DNA of 64,000 nt from an uncultured virus (IMG/VR IMGVR_UViG_3300038825_001395) (IMGVR_UViG_3300038825_001395); one strand, 5' to 3'; positions 29,550 through 39,432 are shown, counted from the stretch's first letter. Translations and numbers: made by a program. The notes: generated from the letters alone by a model not told the origin.

Positions 29550-30471
29550 TGAAAAAATTATCCTTAGATGTATACCAATCTATTAATTTTGGTAAAGTTT
29601 GTTTCAAAGTTCTTGTCGGTAACCAACCCAAAGACCTTAATTTATCACTATTTGATAGATAAATTGGATCTTGAAATAATCTATCATCTACATACTCTAC
29701 ACAATCATTAAAATCCTCTCCCATATCATCACAAATCATTTTTGTAACTTCCAACACAGTATAGGATTCATCCGTAGATACATTGTAAATGTTTTTATTT
29801 ACACCTTTATCCATAACTACTTCAACAGCATCTACAAAATCATCTATGTTTAAAAAAAATCTAACTTGTTTACCAGAACCATGTATTGGTAATTTTTTAT
29901 TATCTTGTAACTTACTAATAAAATAAGGTATTAATTTATCAGGAAATTGCATTGTTCCGTATGTATTATTTAGTCTAACAACTTTCCAATCTAACCCATA
30001 ACAATAACCATAAGCATGTAAAATAGATTCACCACTAGCTTTAGTAGCTGAATATGGATTTGTAGGTAGTGTCATAGAATTCTCATATAAAGGCTTTCCA
30101 TTTCCAATTACTTCATCCGTACTTAAATGTAACAAAGGTGTTTTTGTCTTAATACAAAATTTACTAAGATGATGTATTCCTAAAATATTAGTATCAATAA
30201 AATCCGTTGGTCTTTCAAATGACTCATCGACATGAGTTTCAGCAGCAGAGTTAATTACTAAATCAAAATCAGAATCAAGGTTTTCGTAAACACTCTCATC
30301 TTGAATATTACCAACTATAATTTTAGGATTATATTTTTTAATATTTACTCTGTTCAGACAAGATGTGTGACCACGATTATCTAAAATTACAACATCATAT
30401 TTTGCATCTATAAATCTATTTACTATATGTGAGCCAACAAATCCAAGTCCACCCGTAATTAATATTTTCAC
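29542..30471 (-). CDS. rmlB: dTDP-glucose 4,6-dehydratase-like
   Basis: AAETHVDES, STDEV, NPYSATKA, QFPDKLIP. Confidence 0.85.
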   Translation of the reverse strand: MKILITGGLGFVGSHIVNRFIDAKYDVVILDNRGHTSCLNRVNIKKYNPKIIVGNIQDESVYENLDSDFDLVINSAAETHVDESFERPTDFIDTNILGIHHLSKFCIKTKTPLLHLSTDEVIGNGKPLYENSMTLPTNPYSATKASGESILHAYGYCYGLDWKVVRLNNTYGTMQFPDKLIPYFISKLQDNKKLPIHGSGKQVRFFLNIDDFVDAVEVVMDKGVNKNIYNVSTDESYTVLEVTKMICDDMGEDFNDCVEYVDDRLFQDPIYLSNSDKLRSLGWLPTRTLKQTLPKLIDWYTSKDNFFNE

Positions 30472-31496
30472 TACACTACCTCAACAGTATTTAAATTTTT
30501 AAATATGTTATACCAATATAAACATAGTTTATCATAGTCATATCCATCTATAAATTTCTTTCTGATGTTTTCATTTATCTCAATATTCAGTTCATCAAAA
30601 TTTGATAAAATGTAATCAATTTTTTCTTCTAAATCAGACCAATCGTATTTTACATCAATATATGTTTGACCGGCTTCATATATGTCTGGTATAGTTTTAA
30701 CTAAATCATGATTAGGTTTTATCATTATAGTCCCATACTGCATACATTCAAAATCTCTAAAACAGATTTCACCCATACCAAATGGTGAAAAAGATATTTT
30801 AGAATTCATTAAATTTTTAATATATTCCTCAAATGGTAACCTGTCATAAATCATATTATATTTTGATTTTAAAGGTTCTAATATATTCCATAAACCATTC
30901 CTATGAGATGTGTAAAGATGATCATTTCTACTTTTATGGTCTTCATTGTAATTATGCTTACCTTGAAAAATAGCACATACATCAATAGTTTTATTTTGTT
31001 TTATTGGTTGAAAATTTCTATAATTTTGTACAAGTTGTCCTACATTCCAACCTGTAAATTTTATTCTATTCCACAAGTCATCGGGAATATCATATGATAA
31101 ATCTAAATCACTACCACTACCCCAAAACCATTTATTGTGAGCATAAGGAACTTTATAAGCATCTTGCGATGGCAACATTTGGTTTTTAAACAAGTAAATA
31201 GCATCACTTTTTTCAAAAACTTCATAACCACCCATTAGTGATGTGGAATCCGAACCCTCAAATAAAAAGTAATCACCAGTTACTTTTGATAAATTTTCAA
31301 GTCCATAGTCAATACTATCTTGTAATGTTTTTTTCTTATCAATAAAATCATGCATTCCAATAAATAGATAATCAAAATCATTAGAATTAGTGAATTCAAT
31401 ACTATAGTCCCTCAACATATTTTGAATAAAAAGAAATGGTCTAAAGGTAGGTTCGTTTCTATAAACCGTAGGATTTTGTATTTTTATTTTAATCAT
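30471..31496 (-). CDS. Putative GT-B glycosyltransferase
   Basis: SKISFSPFGMGEICFRDFE. Confidence 0.7.
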   Translation of the reverse strand: MIKIKIQNPTVYRNEPTFRPFLFIQNMLRDYSIEFTNSNDFDYLFIGMHDFIDKKKTLQDSIDYGLENLSKVTGDYFLFEGSDSTSLMGGYEVFEKSDAIYLFKNQMLPSQDAYKVPYAHNKWFWGSGSDLDLSYDIPDDLWNRIKFTGWNVGQLVQNYRNFQPIKQNKTIDVCAIFQGKHNYNEDHKSRNDHLYTSHRNGLWNILEPLKSKYNMIYDRLPFEEYIKNLMNSKISFSPFGMGEICFRDFECMQYGTIMIKPNHDLVKTIPDIYEAGQTYIDVKYDWSDLEEKIDYILSNFDELNIEINENIRKKFIDGYDYDKLCLYWYNIFKNLNTVEVV

Positions 31497-31683
31497 CTAA
31501 AGAAAAATTCTCATTTATAAATTCTTTTACCTCAACCCAACCTTGTCTTGGATATTTACTGTAAATCTTTTTATCACCAATTTTTATTGCTTCCCTCAAT
31601 ACTTCTTTCACTAATTGAACACTCGTATCATTTCCGTGCCCTTCATATGATAATTCTATACCTTGTTTATTTTTATATTTCAT
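31489..31683 (-). CDS. Hypothetical protein
   Basis: 64-aa ORF coupled on both sides. Confidence 0.65.
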   Translation of the reverse strand: MKYKNKQGIELSYEGHGNDTSVQLVKEVLREAIKIGDKKIYSKYPRQGWVEVKEFINENFSLDD

Positions 31684-32315
31684 CTTCGTATCCCACTTAT
31701 TTCTTCATTGTAAAATTTATTTTGTTCTACTTGTCTTTCTATCGTCTTTGGGTGAATGATAGAATACTTATGCTCTGTAGGTAGATGAGCATATGTTTGA
31801 AAACCAACTAGTTGTTCATGAACTGGTTTTTCCCAACGAATGTTTGGTCGGTTACGAAAGATGCGACCTTGCCAATCAGGATAATTTATCCAACCTCTTT
31901 CATTTATTTTATACCCATACATTCTACAATGTTCTTCTGTTATACCTTTTACAGTATTTACTCTTGGTAAAAAAATTAAGTCAACTGGATTACCTTCAAG
32001 TATCTCGTGGATGTCTGCCATAAACCAACGTGAAATCATCTCATCAGCATCTAAGTTAAAACTATAATCACCACTACACATTTTCTTTAGATAGTTTTTT
32101 TGTGAACCAAAATCTTGTAAAAGGTTTCTTTGCTCAAATACTATGTTCTCAGTAGACACATAGAAATCTAAGATAGTTTTTGTTTTTTCATTGTCTGAAT
32201 AATCATCAAGGATAACTATCTCATCTTGTGGTTGTTTATACTTAATTAAAAACTTTAGTAGCTTTTCAAGAGTAGTAGTTTCATTGTGGGTTAATATGGA
32301 ATAACTAATTTTCAT
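31680..32315 (-). CDS. Glycosyltransferase family 2
   Basis: ISYSILTHNE, LDDYS, NLDADE, KPVHE. Confidence 0.9.
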   Translation of the reverse strand: MKISYSILTHNETTTLEKLLKFLIKYKQPQDEIVILDDYSDNEKTKTILDFYVSTENIVFEQRNLLQDFGSQKNYLKKMCSGDYSFNLDADEMISRWFMADIHEILEGNPVDLIFLPRVNTVKGITEEHCRMYGYKINERGWINYPDWQGRIFRNRPNIRWEKPVHEQLVGFQTYAHLPTEHKYSIIHPKTIERQVEQNKFYNEEISGIRR

Positions 32316-32321
32316 TGATAT

Positions 32322-32350
32322 AATTTACTATAAAATATTGATAAAGTCAA
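32322..32350 (-). promoter_or_regulatory. sigma70-type promoter TTGACT-17-TAAATT, probably leaderless
   Basis: -35 overlaps a TGA stop; ATG 7 nt after the -10. Confidence 0.7.
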
Positions 32351-32805
32351 GTGATAAATTGAGTATTTATCTGTGTAACCTTTAATGATGTTAACTTGGT
32401 AAGTTTATATGACCTGTATGCTTCTTTAAAATATTTATCAACTGATATGATGTCACCATAAAATCTTTTAGGTGTCATAGCACTTCTTTTCTTTGGATTA
32501 GCAATCTGTAATCTAAAGTATTCTTCTTTTAAACCAATTAAGTTTTCTATTTCATCCGTTTCTGTTTTTTTAAAGTCAGCAACTTGAAATAACTTTTTTA
32601 ACTTAGTTGGATTAAGATAGTTTATATTTAAACCTTCTATGTTTTTACTTTTCTTATCCGTATTTAGATAAAGTAGAATAGGTCTAGGATCCATAACACC
32701 TGGTTCTGAGTAATTAAATGTAATTATCATACCAGGTAGTAACCTACCTTGACCTATTGTTTGAACAGATTTAACTATTCGTTTGTTGTTGTATCTGCTC
32801 GCCAA
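32347..32805 (-). CDS. Possible T4 gp2-like DNA end-protector protein
   Basis: PGMIITFNY...DPRP...EGLNINYL resembles the gp2 pattern. Confidence 0.45.
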   Translation of the reverse strand: MASRYNNKRIVKSVQTIGQGRLLPGMIITFNYSEPGVMDPRPILLYLNTDKKSKNIEGLNINYLNPTKLKKLFQVADFKKTETDEIENLIGLKEEYFRLQIANPKKRSAMTPKRFYGDIISVDKYFKEAYRSYKLTKLTSLKVTQINTQFIT

Positions 32806-33187
32806 GAACTTTCTCCAATTTTTCTACCATTTTAAAAGCATCCGAAAATGTAGGCATTACTACTTCTGTAGCAGGATCTGCTTGAGCATAAACTCTCCAC
32901 TTTAATCCATTATCTACTAGTGGAACAACCATATAATTTTCTGTTGTGAATACAGATGGCGCCCAATACCTACCTTGATTTGTTTCAACACATACTTCTT
33001 TAAAGTCATCAGGAAATGGTTTGATATGAGTTTTCATAGTTTTATTAGAAGCATAACCACAGGCTAAGCACTGCATATTCTGTTCTTCATCACCCAATAA
33101 AACCATTGACTCTAATATCTCACCACCAGCAACAATACACTCTTTTGTATCATTTGGACATTTGACCTTTAATATCATATCATCCAT
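32771..33187 (-). CDS. Hypothetical Cys-containing (Zn-ribbon-like) protein
   Basis: CPND...C, CLACGY. Confidence 0.65.
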   Translation of the reverse strand: MDDMILKVKCPNDTKECIVAGGEILESMVLLGDEEQNMQCLACGYASNKTMKTHIKPFPDDFKEVCVETNQGRYWAPSVFTTENYMVVPLVDNGLKWRVYAQADPATEVVMPTFSDAFKMVEKLEKVLGEQIQQQTNS

Positions 33188-34542
33188 TATGTTACCTTCT
33201 TTAGTTTAGGTAGTTTTATTTTTGTTGGTTGTGAAGTTTTACTACCTACTTTTTTAAGTTTAGGTAGTTTTAAACTAACAGGTTTTGGAACTGAATTTAA
33301 CACATTATCTATAATCTTATTAAATTGTGTTGCCATAGCAGTTAATGAAAACTCTCTTCTGTTTTTCTTACCCAAACGAGTAGCTTTCTTTTGTATTAGT
33401 TTTCTTTTCTTATGAAAAGTTCTAATCTTTCTAACTACATCTGCTTCATTTACATCAAACCATTTAGATGGTTCTATAATAATAGGATCCCATAGAACTG
33501 ATTTAGGAACTGGCTTAATAAACCCATCAATTAACATAGATTCTGAGTCTGTAAGAAAGTCAAGATGACCACTCCACTTACTAGCAATTACAGGTAAGTC
33601 ACAACAACTAGCTTCTAACATTGGTCGTCCAAAACCTTCACCATGAGTACAAGTAATAAAAGCACCAATCTTTGGGTGGTTGTAAAGTGTTGACATTTCT
33701 TCAATAGTAAAATCACCATGTATTAAATAAATATTAGGTAACTCAACTCCCTTAAACATATCTTTAACTGATTGTATTCTTTTCTTTATATTAGCCTTAT
33801 CAAGAACACTAAAGTTAGCACCATTGGTTTTAAGAACAAGTGCTGGTGCATTAGGAATATTAGCAAAAGCTTTTAGAAAAGACTTAATCATAACACCGAT
33901 GTTTTTCCTATCTTCCCCAAAACCTTGTTGTCCCCATTGTCCAACATGAAGATAAGCAAACTCTTCTTTGATAAGTTCATCTAACTCTTCATAAAGACCT
34001 TTTTCCAATTCATGTTTTTGTTTTGGGCAATACACATCTGTATCTACACCTTCAAATAAAACTGAAATAGGTTTTTCATTTTTTATCTCACCGACTTTTT
34101 GTTTTTGTCCGTTAGGAGCATCTTGCATCTTATCAAATGTACATCTGTTAAATGTAGCTGCTGTAAACTTAGATGGAACTATATTAAGGTTCATCTTGTT
34201 CATACCCTCTAAAAATTGAGGAGATACAACATCAGTTTCTACACCAGCAGTTATACCAATATTTATCTTACCACCTTGTATAAACTCATTAGGTATTCTA
34301 ATATCAATAACAATATCAGGTTGACTTGTTATTTTATCCTGTGTTGTGAAACTATTTAACAACCTCTGATGTCTTTTGACTTCAGGTCGTAAGTGATTTC
34401 TAGGTGTTGAACCCCACTTGACATCTAAACATTTAATGTCTAAATCTTCTCTATCCATAATAGAGTAATAAATAGAACGAGCATGGTCACCATACCCACT
34501 ACGGGTATTAAAAGGTGCAATCATAACTACCGAGCGTTTCAT
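33187..34542 (-). CDS. GT4-like glycosyltransferase with basic repeated tail
   Basis: SGYGDHAR, RKNI, HGEGFGRPMLEA; tail carries KLPKLKKV twice. Confidence 0.9.
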   Translation of the reverse strand: MKRSVVMIAPFNTRSGYGDHARSIYYSIMDREDLDIKCLDVKWGSTPRNHLRPEVKRHQRLLNSFTTQDKITSQPDIVIDIRIPNEFIQGGKINIGITAGVETDVVSPQFLEGMNKMNLNIVPSKFTAATFNRCTFDKMQDAPNGQKQKVGEIKNEKPISVLFEGVDTDVYCPKQKHELEKGLYEELDELIKEEFAYLHVGQWGQQGFGEDRKNIGVMIKSFLKAFANIPNAPALVLKTNGANFSVLDKANIKKRIQSVKDMFKGVELPNIYLIHGDFTIEEMSTLYNHPKIGAFITCTHGEGFGRPMLEASCCDLPVIASKWSGHLDFLTDSESMLIDGFIKPVPKSVLWDPIIIEPSKWFDVNEADVVRKIRTFHKKRKLIQKKATRLGKKNRREFSLTAMATQFNKIIDNVLNSVPKPVSLKLPKLKKVGSKTSQPTKIKLPKLKKVT

Positions 34543-35930
34543 ACTGCCTCCATCGTGTATTTTGGTTTTGGTTTCCAATTATCAAATGCCCCATCCATAG
34601 AACTAATAAACTCTTGTCCCATAGCTTTTGATGTCATTAGATTTTCTTTACAAAACTCAGATCCTAATGAACCAAGTCTTTTTCTTTCATCTCTACCTAA
34701 ATCATATAGTTTCTTTAACTGAACAGAAGCATCTTCTGGCTGACATCTATCATCAAAAATATAAGGTGTCATAGGTGAACCTTGAAGTGAACGATTAGTT
34801 GGATAAACAGGAAATACCCACTCACCATGTTCAGTATAAGTTCCTTTATGATTAGAACCTAACTCAACATAATCTTCAGGTGTTAGTAGTTCTTTAGCAA
34901 ACCCACTACCATCTGGTGCCACGTTCTTTTTGTAAAAACCACATTGGTCTTGTAATCCACCAGTAACATTAACAATAATTGGTGTTCCAACGGTAAGTGC
35001 TTCAGCACTACCTAATCCAAATCCCTCATTACTAGCCAAGTTAATATAAACATCAGCAGAGTTAAATAATAAATTCATGTCATTATCATTAAATGGCCGT
35101 CCATCTGTTTCATATGTAAAACAAACATCATATTCAGGACATAAGTGTTTATGAACTCTTGGTAAATCTGTTCCGTTATCATCAACTGGTGAACAATGAA
35201 ATATCAACACACACTCTTCTCTTTGTTCAGGTGTTAAACCATCCATAAAGTATTTATATGCCAGTAAAACATCACCAGGTTGTTTTCTTCTGATGTTTCT
35301 ATTACTATAAAGTATCTTAAATTTCTTGTTAGCGATACCGTGTTTAGAATTAAAATCAACCAAAGAAACATTATCATCTTCTACCTTATTAAATCTTCTT
35401 TCTGATATGCCATGTGGCACATAAGTTATTTGCCAATCTTCATAATCAGGTAATAATCTTTTATTGATACCATAGGTTTGTTTTGATATACCCATCAACA
35501 AATCAGAACTCTTGTAGTAGTTTGTATTGTATTGTGGATCTGGTAAATCATCCCATATATTATAATAAAAGATAGGAATATCTCTACGGATTTCTGCTTC
35601 CATGTTATAAAACCAAATCCAAAATCTTGGATCGGTGTAGTGAAGTATAGCATCTGGTTTTTCCATAGCAATAACATCTCTAAGTAAATCTTCATTACCA
35701 TACCCATCAACTGGATATATCCGTAAGTAACCATCTTTTATACCAAAATCTTTTTGGAGATGTTCTGACATATCAACAATCTTTCCAGCTTCAGGATGTT
35801 TAATAGCTCCACCCATCTGAACCCAATCATATTTATGTAATGTCTCAAATACAATATCTTTTGATACAGTAGCTACTCCACTATGCATCCGTAAATCATC
35901 GGACATCAGTAGTATCTTTTTCTTAGCCAT
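34539..35930 (-). CDS. GT4-like glycosyltransferase
   Basis: YVPHG, NRNIRRK, ASNEGFGLGSAEA. Confidence 0.9.
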   Translation of the reverse strand: MAKKKILLMSDDLRMHSGVATVSKDIVFETLHKYDWVQMGGAIKHPEAGKIVDMSEHLQKDFGIKDGYLRIYPVDGYGNEDLLRDVIAMEKPDAILHYTDPRFWIWFYNMEAEIRRDIPIFYYNIWDDLPDPQYNTNYYKSSDLLMGISKQTYGINKRLLPDYEDWQITYVPHGISERRFNKVEDDNVSLVDFNSKHGIANKKFKILYSNRNIRRKQPGDVLLAYKYFMDGLTPEQREECVLIFHCSPVDDNGTDLPRVHKHLCPEYDVCFTYETDGRPFNDNDMNLLFNSADVYINLASNEGFGLGSAEALTVGTPIIVNVTGGLQDQCGFYKKNVAPDGSGFAKELLTPEDYVELGSNHKGTYTEHGEWVFPVYPTNRSLQGSPMTPYIFDDRCQPEDASVQLKKLYDLGRDERKRLGSLGSEFCKENLMTSKAMGQEFISSMDGAFDNWKPKPKYTMEAV

Positions 35931-36174
35931 TTATAACCTCTTTATTTTTTTTATATGTAGTATATAATGGAAAATATTTTTTTAGTGAATTTAACTTGTC
36001 ATCATATTCAGATATTATAGCCAGTTCTTTTTCAATAGTATCCATAATATCACCGTGTTCAGCAACACCGACACCATTATCTAATAGATTTTCTACATTA
36101 ATTCTGTGTTTTTCAATGTGAGCTTCAAAATGTAATTTACTTGCTTGTATTAAATCATCTCTCATAGTACCCAT
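35923..36174 (-). CDS. Hypothetical protein
   Basis: 83-aa coupled ORF (GVGVAEH). Confidence 0.7.
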   Translation of the reverse strand: MGTMRDDLIQASKLHFEAHIEKHRINVENLLDNGVGVAEHGDIMDTIEKELAIISEYDDKLNSLKKYFPLYTTYKKNKEVING

Positions 36175-36377
36175 TAAAACTGACTCCCACTTGTATGAAG
36201 TTTATCATAACTCTCTATGCTTTCTTTTATAACATTATCGTGAATGTATTGATGGATAGAGCGATTAACTAATTTTTGTAAATTCATTGATGAGTTAACT
36301 GTTCTAAACTTAAAATCTTCATATAACGATTTAAGAATCTTTACCGATGTCAACTTTGTTAAAGTATCTTTTTTCAT
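36174..36377 (-). CDS. Small putative ribbon-helix-helix DNA-binding protein
   Basis: LTSVKI strand followed by two predicted helices. Confidence 0.5.
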   Translation of the reverse strand: MKKDTLTKLTSVKILKSLYEDFKFRTVNSSMNLQKLVNRSIHQYIHDNVIKESIESYDKLHTSGSQF

Positions 36378-36422
36378 AACCTGTCCCTCGTTGTGTATAA
36401 CTGGTATATATAAATATACATA

Positions 36423-36839
36423 TTAATTAATAACAAGGGTTTTTTTTCCAAATTTTTTAGCATAATTTATGGTTGACATAGAACCTTTAGACTCAACTCC
36501 TCTTGGAACAAATGAAACAACATATTGTGAATAAGCAGCTATGATTTTGTTTCTAACATAATAGTTTTTTACGCTGTATGGTTTGTTATAATCTTTTTTA
36601 TCTTTTGGACAATATAAATTCCAATTTTCATGTTGAGGTGGAAACTCTTGGTATTCTAATCCCAATTCTAAAGCATACTTTTTAGCATAATAATCAGCGC
36701 CTGTTTTACAACCACCACTAACTATTATAGTATCCGAACCTTTTTCATTCTTTAATTTAAAAATAAAATCTTTTATCTTTTTTCGGTTCTCGTATTTTCT
36801 ACTACCTACTATTGCTACTCTTAAAGTATCTTTCCCCAT
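36423..36839 (-). CDS. SLOG (DprA/YspA-like) protein
   Basis: VAIVGSR, IVSGGCKTGAD, RNKII, SKGS. Confidence 0.8.
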   Translation of the reverse strand: MGKDTLRVAIVGSRKYENRKKIKDFIFKLKNEKGSDTIIVSGGCKTGADYYAKKYALELGLEYQEFPPQHENWNLYCPKDKKDYNKPYSVKNYYVRNKIIAAYSQYVVSFVPRGVESKGSMSTINYAKKFGKKTLVIN

Positions 36840-37684
36840 TCACAATGCTCCGTTTTTACAAACTCACAGAACTTACAAGCACTACCAGGAGAAGCGTTAT
36901 ATGTTCTGTCTGTTTTATGGTTTCCCTTTTCATCAAAGATAGCTTCACGGAATTCTGTAAAAGCTTTCATAGTTTTATTTACACTAACTTTACCATTAGC
37001 AGGCTCAAACCTTTGTAACCTACTGATAGGAAAGTCACTCTGTTTTGCTATCTTTCTTTTTAATATCAAGAACTCCACAGATATTTTATCCAATGGAACA
37101 TCAAACTTTTCTGAATAAAATTGTTTGTAAAGTAATAACTGAGCTTTCTTATAGAAGTTCTTCTTATGGTAATCTGTCCAACTTCTAGTGGAAGTTTTAA
37201 GGTCAATAATAGTTATCTTACCTGATATTTTATTTCTTATCACAACATCAAGAAAACTTTTTAACTCTACGTTCTCTTGTAGTTCCATAGTTATAGGCAA
37301 CTCAATACCAACTAACTCATAGTTCTTTTTCATAAAATACTTACCACGATGTTTTCTAAAGTGTTCAAGTATAGCCAATCCATCTTGGTAAAACTCTACC
37401 ATCTCGTCTTGTGTACACGGTAAAGTTTCTTGACTTTCTTTTATAAGTTTAAACTCACCCATCATTTCAGTTTTCAACATACCATTTAAGTCAAGTGCTT
37501 CAGCAGCCACAATAGACTTACCATACATCACCGTGAGATATTCTTGTATCACGGTGTGCATAGCAGTTCCAAAAAGAGTATGTATGTTACCGGTAAAAGT
37601 TCCTAGTTTGTCAATGTAGCGAAGTTTCCATTTAAGGTTACATTCACTATAAGAAACAAACTGACTATGTGATACATGTCCCAT
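36821..37684 (-). CDS. PD-(D/E)XK RecB-family exonuclease
   Basis: SHSQ...C, FGTAMH, FLD, IIDLKT, QLLLY, CKFCEF...C. Confidence 0.88.
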   Translation of the reverse strand: MGHVSHSQFVSYSECNLKWKLRYIDKLGTFTGNIHTLFGTAMHTVIQEYLTVMYGKSIVAAEALDLNGMLKTEMMGEFKLIKESQETLPCTQDEMVEFYQDGLAILEHFRKHRGKYFMKKNYELVGIELPITMELQENVELKSFLDVVIRNKISGKITIIDLKTSTRSWTDYHKKNFYKKAQLLLYKQFYSEKFDVPLDKISVEFLILKRKIAKQSDFPISRLQRFEPANGKVSVNKTMKAFTEFREAIFDEKGNHKTDRTYNASPGSACKFCEFVKTEHCEWGKIL

Positions 37685-38295
37685 TATATTATCTCGTCAA
37701 TCATCCCATATTTTAAACAAGTTTGAGCATCCCACATTAAATCGTGTTTTAGCATTTCATCAAGTTTTTTCATAGGTAATTTAGTGTATTGTTTATAAAT
37801 GTCTTTTATTGTTTTCATCATTAAATCTAAGTTTTTCTTTTCATCATCAAAGTTAGAGTATGTTCCCCAAAAGTTACTGCTTAATTGGTGGATTAACATA
37901 TAAGAGTTTCTACTCATAAACCTTCTCTTACCGACCACACTTAAAAATGTTCCAGCACTAGCAGAGAATCCATCAACATAAGTTTCCACATCAACTTTAC
38001 ATCTTAACATGGTATCCATAGAAGCAATACCACTTACTATACTTCCACCACCTGAATTAATATGTATCTTAATAGGTGGTGGTAATATACCAAGAGTGTT
38101 TGATAAAGTCAAGGACTTTCCTTCTAATTCACCAATTTTTTTGTTTAACTCACTACAACTATTACGGTTAACACCAGCATAAAAATAAATCTTATTGTCT
38201 TGAACTGAAATATGTTTTTCAGCAGCATCGCCATTAGATTTTCTAACTGGTGTTTCTTTTTTAGCACCCCAATATTTTTCCATTATTTTCCCCAT
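37684..38295 (-). CDS. ClpP-like protease
   Basis: INSGGG, SASAGT, LIHQ, GMIDEII. Confidence 0.88.
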   Translation of the reverse strand: MGKIMEKYWGAKKETPVRKSNGDAAEKHISVQDNKIYFYAGVNRNSCSELNKKIGELEGKSLTLSNTLGILPPPIKIHINSGGGSIVSGIASMDTMLRCKVDVETYVDGFSASAGTFLSVVGKRRFMSRNSYMLIHQLSSNFWGTYSNFDDEKKNLDLMMKTIKDIYKQYTKLPMKKLDEMLKHDLMWDAQTCLKYGMIDEII

Positions 38296-38663
38296 TTACC
38301 ATTTTTAACAATTGTAGCCATTATACCATAGTTACTTACATCTAAATAAGCATCTTCCATCGGCTCACCTTGAACTGCATTATCCCTACCACTCATTAGT
38401 AAAGTTTTTAGTCTCTGTATCTTATCATTCATTCTAAACCATAAGCCAGTAAGTGATAGATGAACTTCTTCATCAGTTTGTAGTTGTGTCCCTACGGAAA
38501 TATTACCAGGACCATAATCATGTTGTTTCTTTAAAAACAATTCATATTGTTCTTTTTGTAACCTACGGAACTCTTTAGTCATTTCAGGCCACTCTTTTTC
38601 CATTTGTTCTACAATTGGATGAGTATCCTCTAAAACTCCGAGTTCTCTTTCTTTTATTTTCAT
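38283..38663 (-). CDS. DUF1599-like (nucleotide modification-associated) all-alpha protein
   Basis: KKQHDYG, RMNDKIQRL, EDAYLDVSNYGI; start reassigned to MKIKER. Confidence 0.75.
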   Translation of the reverse strand: MKIKERELGVLEDTHPIVEQMEKEWPEMTKEFRRLQKEQYELFLKKQHDYGPGNISVGTQLQTDEEVHLSLTGLWFRMNDKIQRLKTLLMSGRDNAVQGEPMEDAYLDVSNYGIMATIVKNGKWGK

Positions 38664-38671
38664 TGTAACCT

Positions 38672-39016
38672 CTATTTTATAATTAAATGTGATAATTGTA
38701 TCATAATGATAACAGCAGATAAACACAGGCATATAATTGTTCTTGTGTCTGGTACTTCATTTAATATCAACCATGTTAGGATACCAAATGTTATTGTACC
38801 TAATCCAAATCCAACTGGTCTAACATACCAATAAACACCAAAGTATTCATAGAACCAACGAGTGCTGTAATAAAAACAAAAACTAATTGGTATTCCACCG
38901 CATATTACCCACCAAATACTTTTAGCCCATTCATACTTAAATTGACCTTGCATATGAAACCAAGCTATAATATTTCCAACTACCGATAGTAATACAGCAA
39001 AAAATAACTTGCTCAT
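38672..39016 (-). CDS. Small 4-TM membrane protein (DMT/SMR-like)
   Basis: Four hydrophobic segments. Confidence 0.65.
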   Translation of the reverse strand: MSKLFFAVLLSVVGNIIAWFHMQGQFKYEWAKSIWWVICGGIPISFCFYYSTRWFYEYFGVYWYVRPVGFGLGTITFGILTWLILNEVPDTRTIICLCLSAVIIMIQLSHLIIK

Positions 39017-39432
39017 TTAACACCCATCTTTTTTATTTCTTTATCTGTTTTACCATATTGTTTTAATAGTAGCTTTAACTCATCAGTAGTCATTAAGTTA
39101 TAATATTCACTAGCCTGTAACTTACTAACCTCAAAATACTTTTGTATGAAAGGAACAACCTTTTCGTTTGTTTTGGTTTTCTTTCCACTAAGGTATCTTA
39201 AATAAGTTTTCTTCTTTGGCAATAAGGAGCAGTAAAACTTATATACCACTCCTATTGGCATTACCTCAATCGTTAGTTTCTGAAAGTGATTTATTATTGG
39301 TAAAAAATCATTGTTCATACTTAGGTAACGATTTACCATAAATGGACTAAACTTTTTTTGGTCTTCAGCAGAAAAACTATCCCAAGCTCTTTTCTTGACA
39401 AATAGTTCATCTATCCAACTAAATAAGTTCAT
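39013..39432 (-). CDS. Clamp loader small subunit (gp62-like)
   Basis: FSPFMVNRYLS, YFEVSKLQA; operon position. Confidence 0.75.
   Translation of the reverse strand: MNLFSWIDELFVKKRAWDSFSAEDQKKFSPFMVNRYLSMNNDFLPIINHFQKLTIEVMPIGVVYKFYCSLLPKKKTYLRYLSGKKTKTNEKVVPFIQKYFEVSKLQASEYYNLMTTDELKLLLKQYGKTDKEIKKMGVK

Noticed and set aside
2104..32315. Bacterial chromosomal O-antigen or capsule locus
   Set aside because: Contiguous and co-oriented with phage replication and tail genes, shares the same promoter motifs, and lacks export genes
36821..37684. Cas4 / CRISPR system
   Set aside because: No repeat-spacer array or other cas gene seen; this is a common stand-alone phage exonuclease
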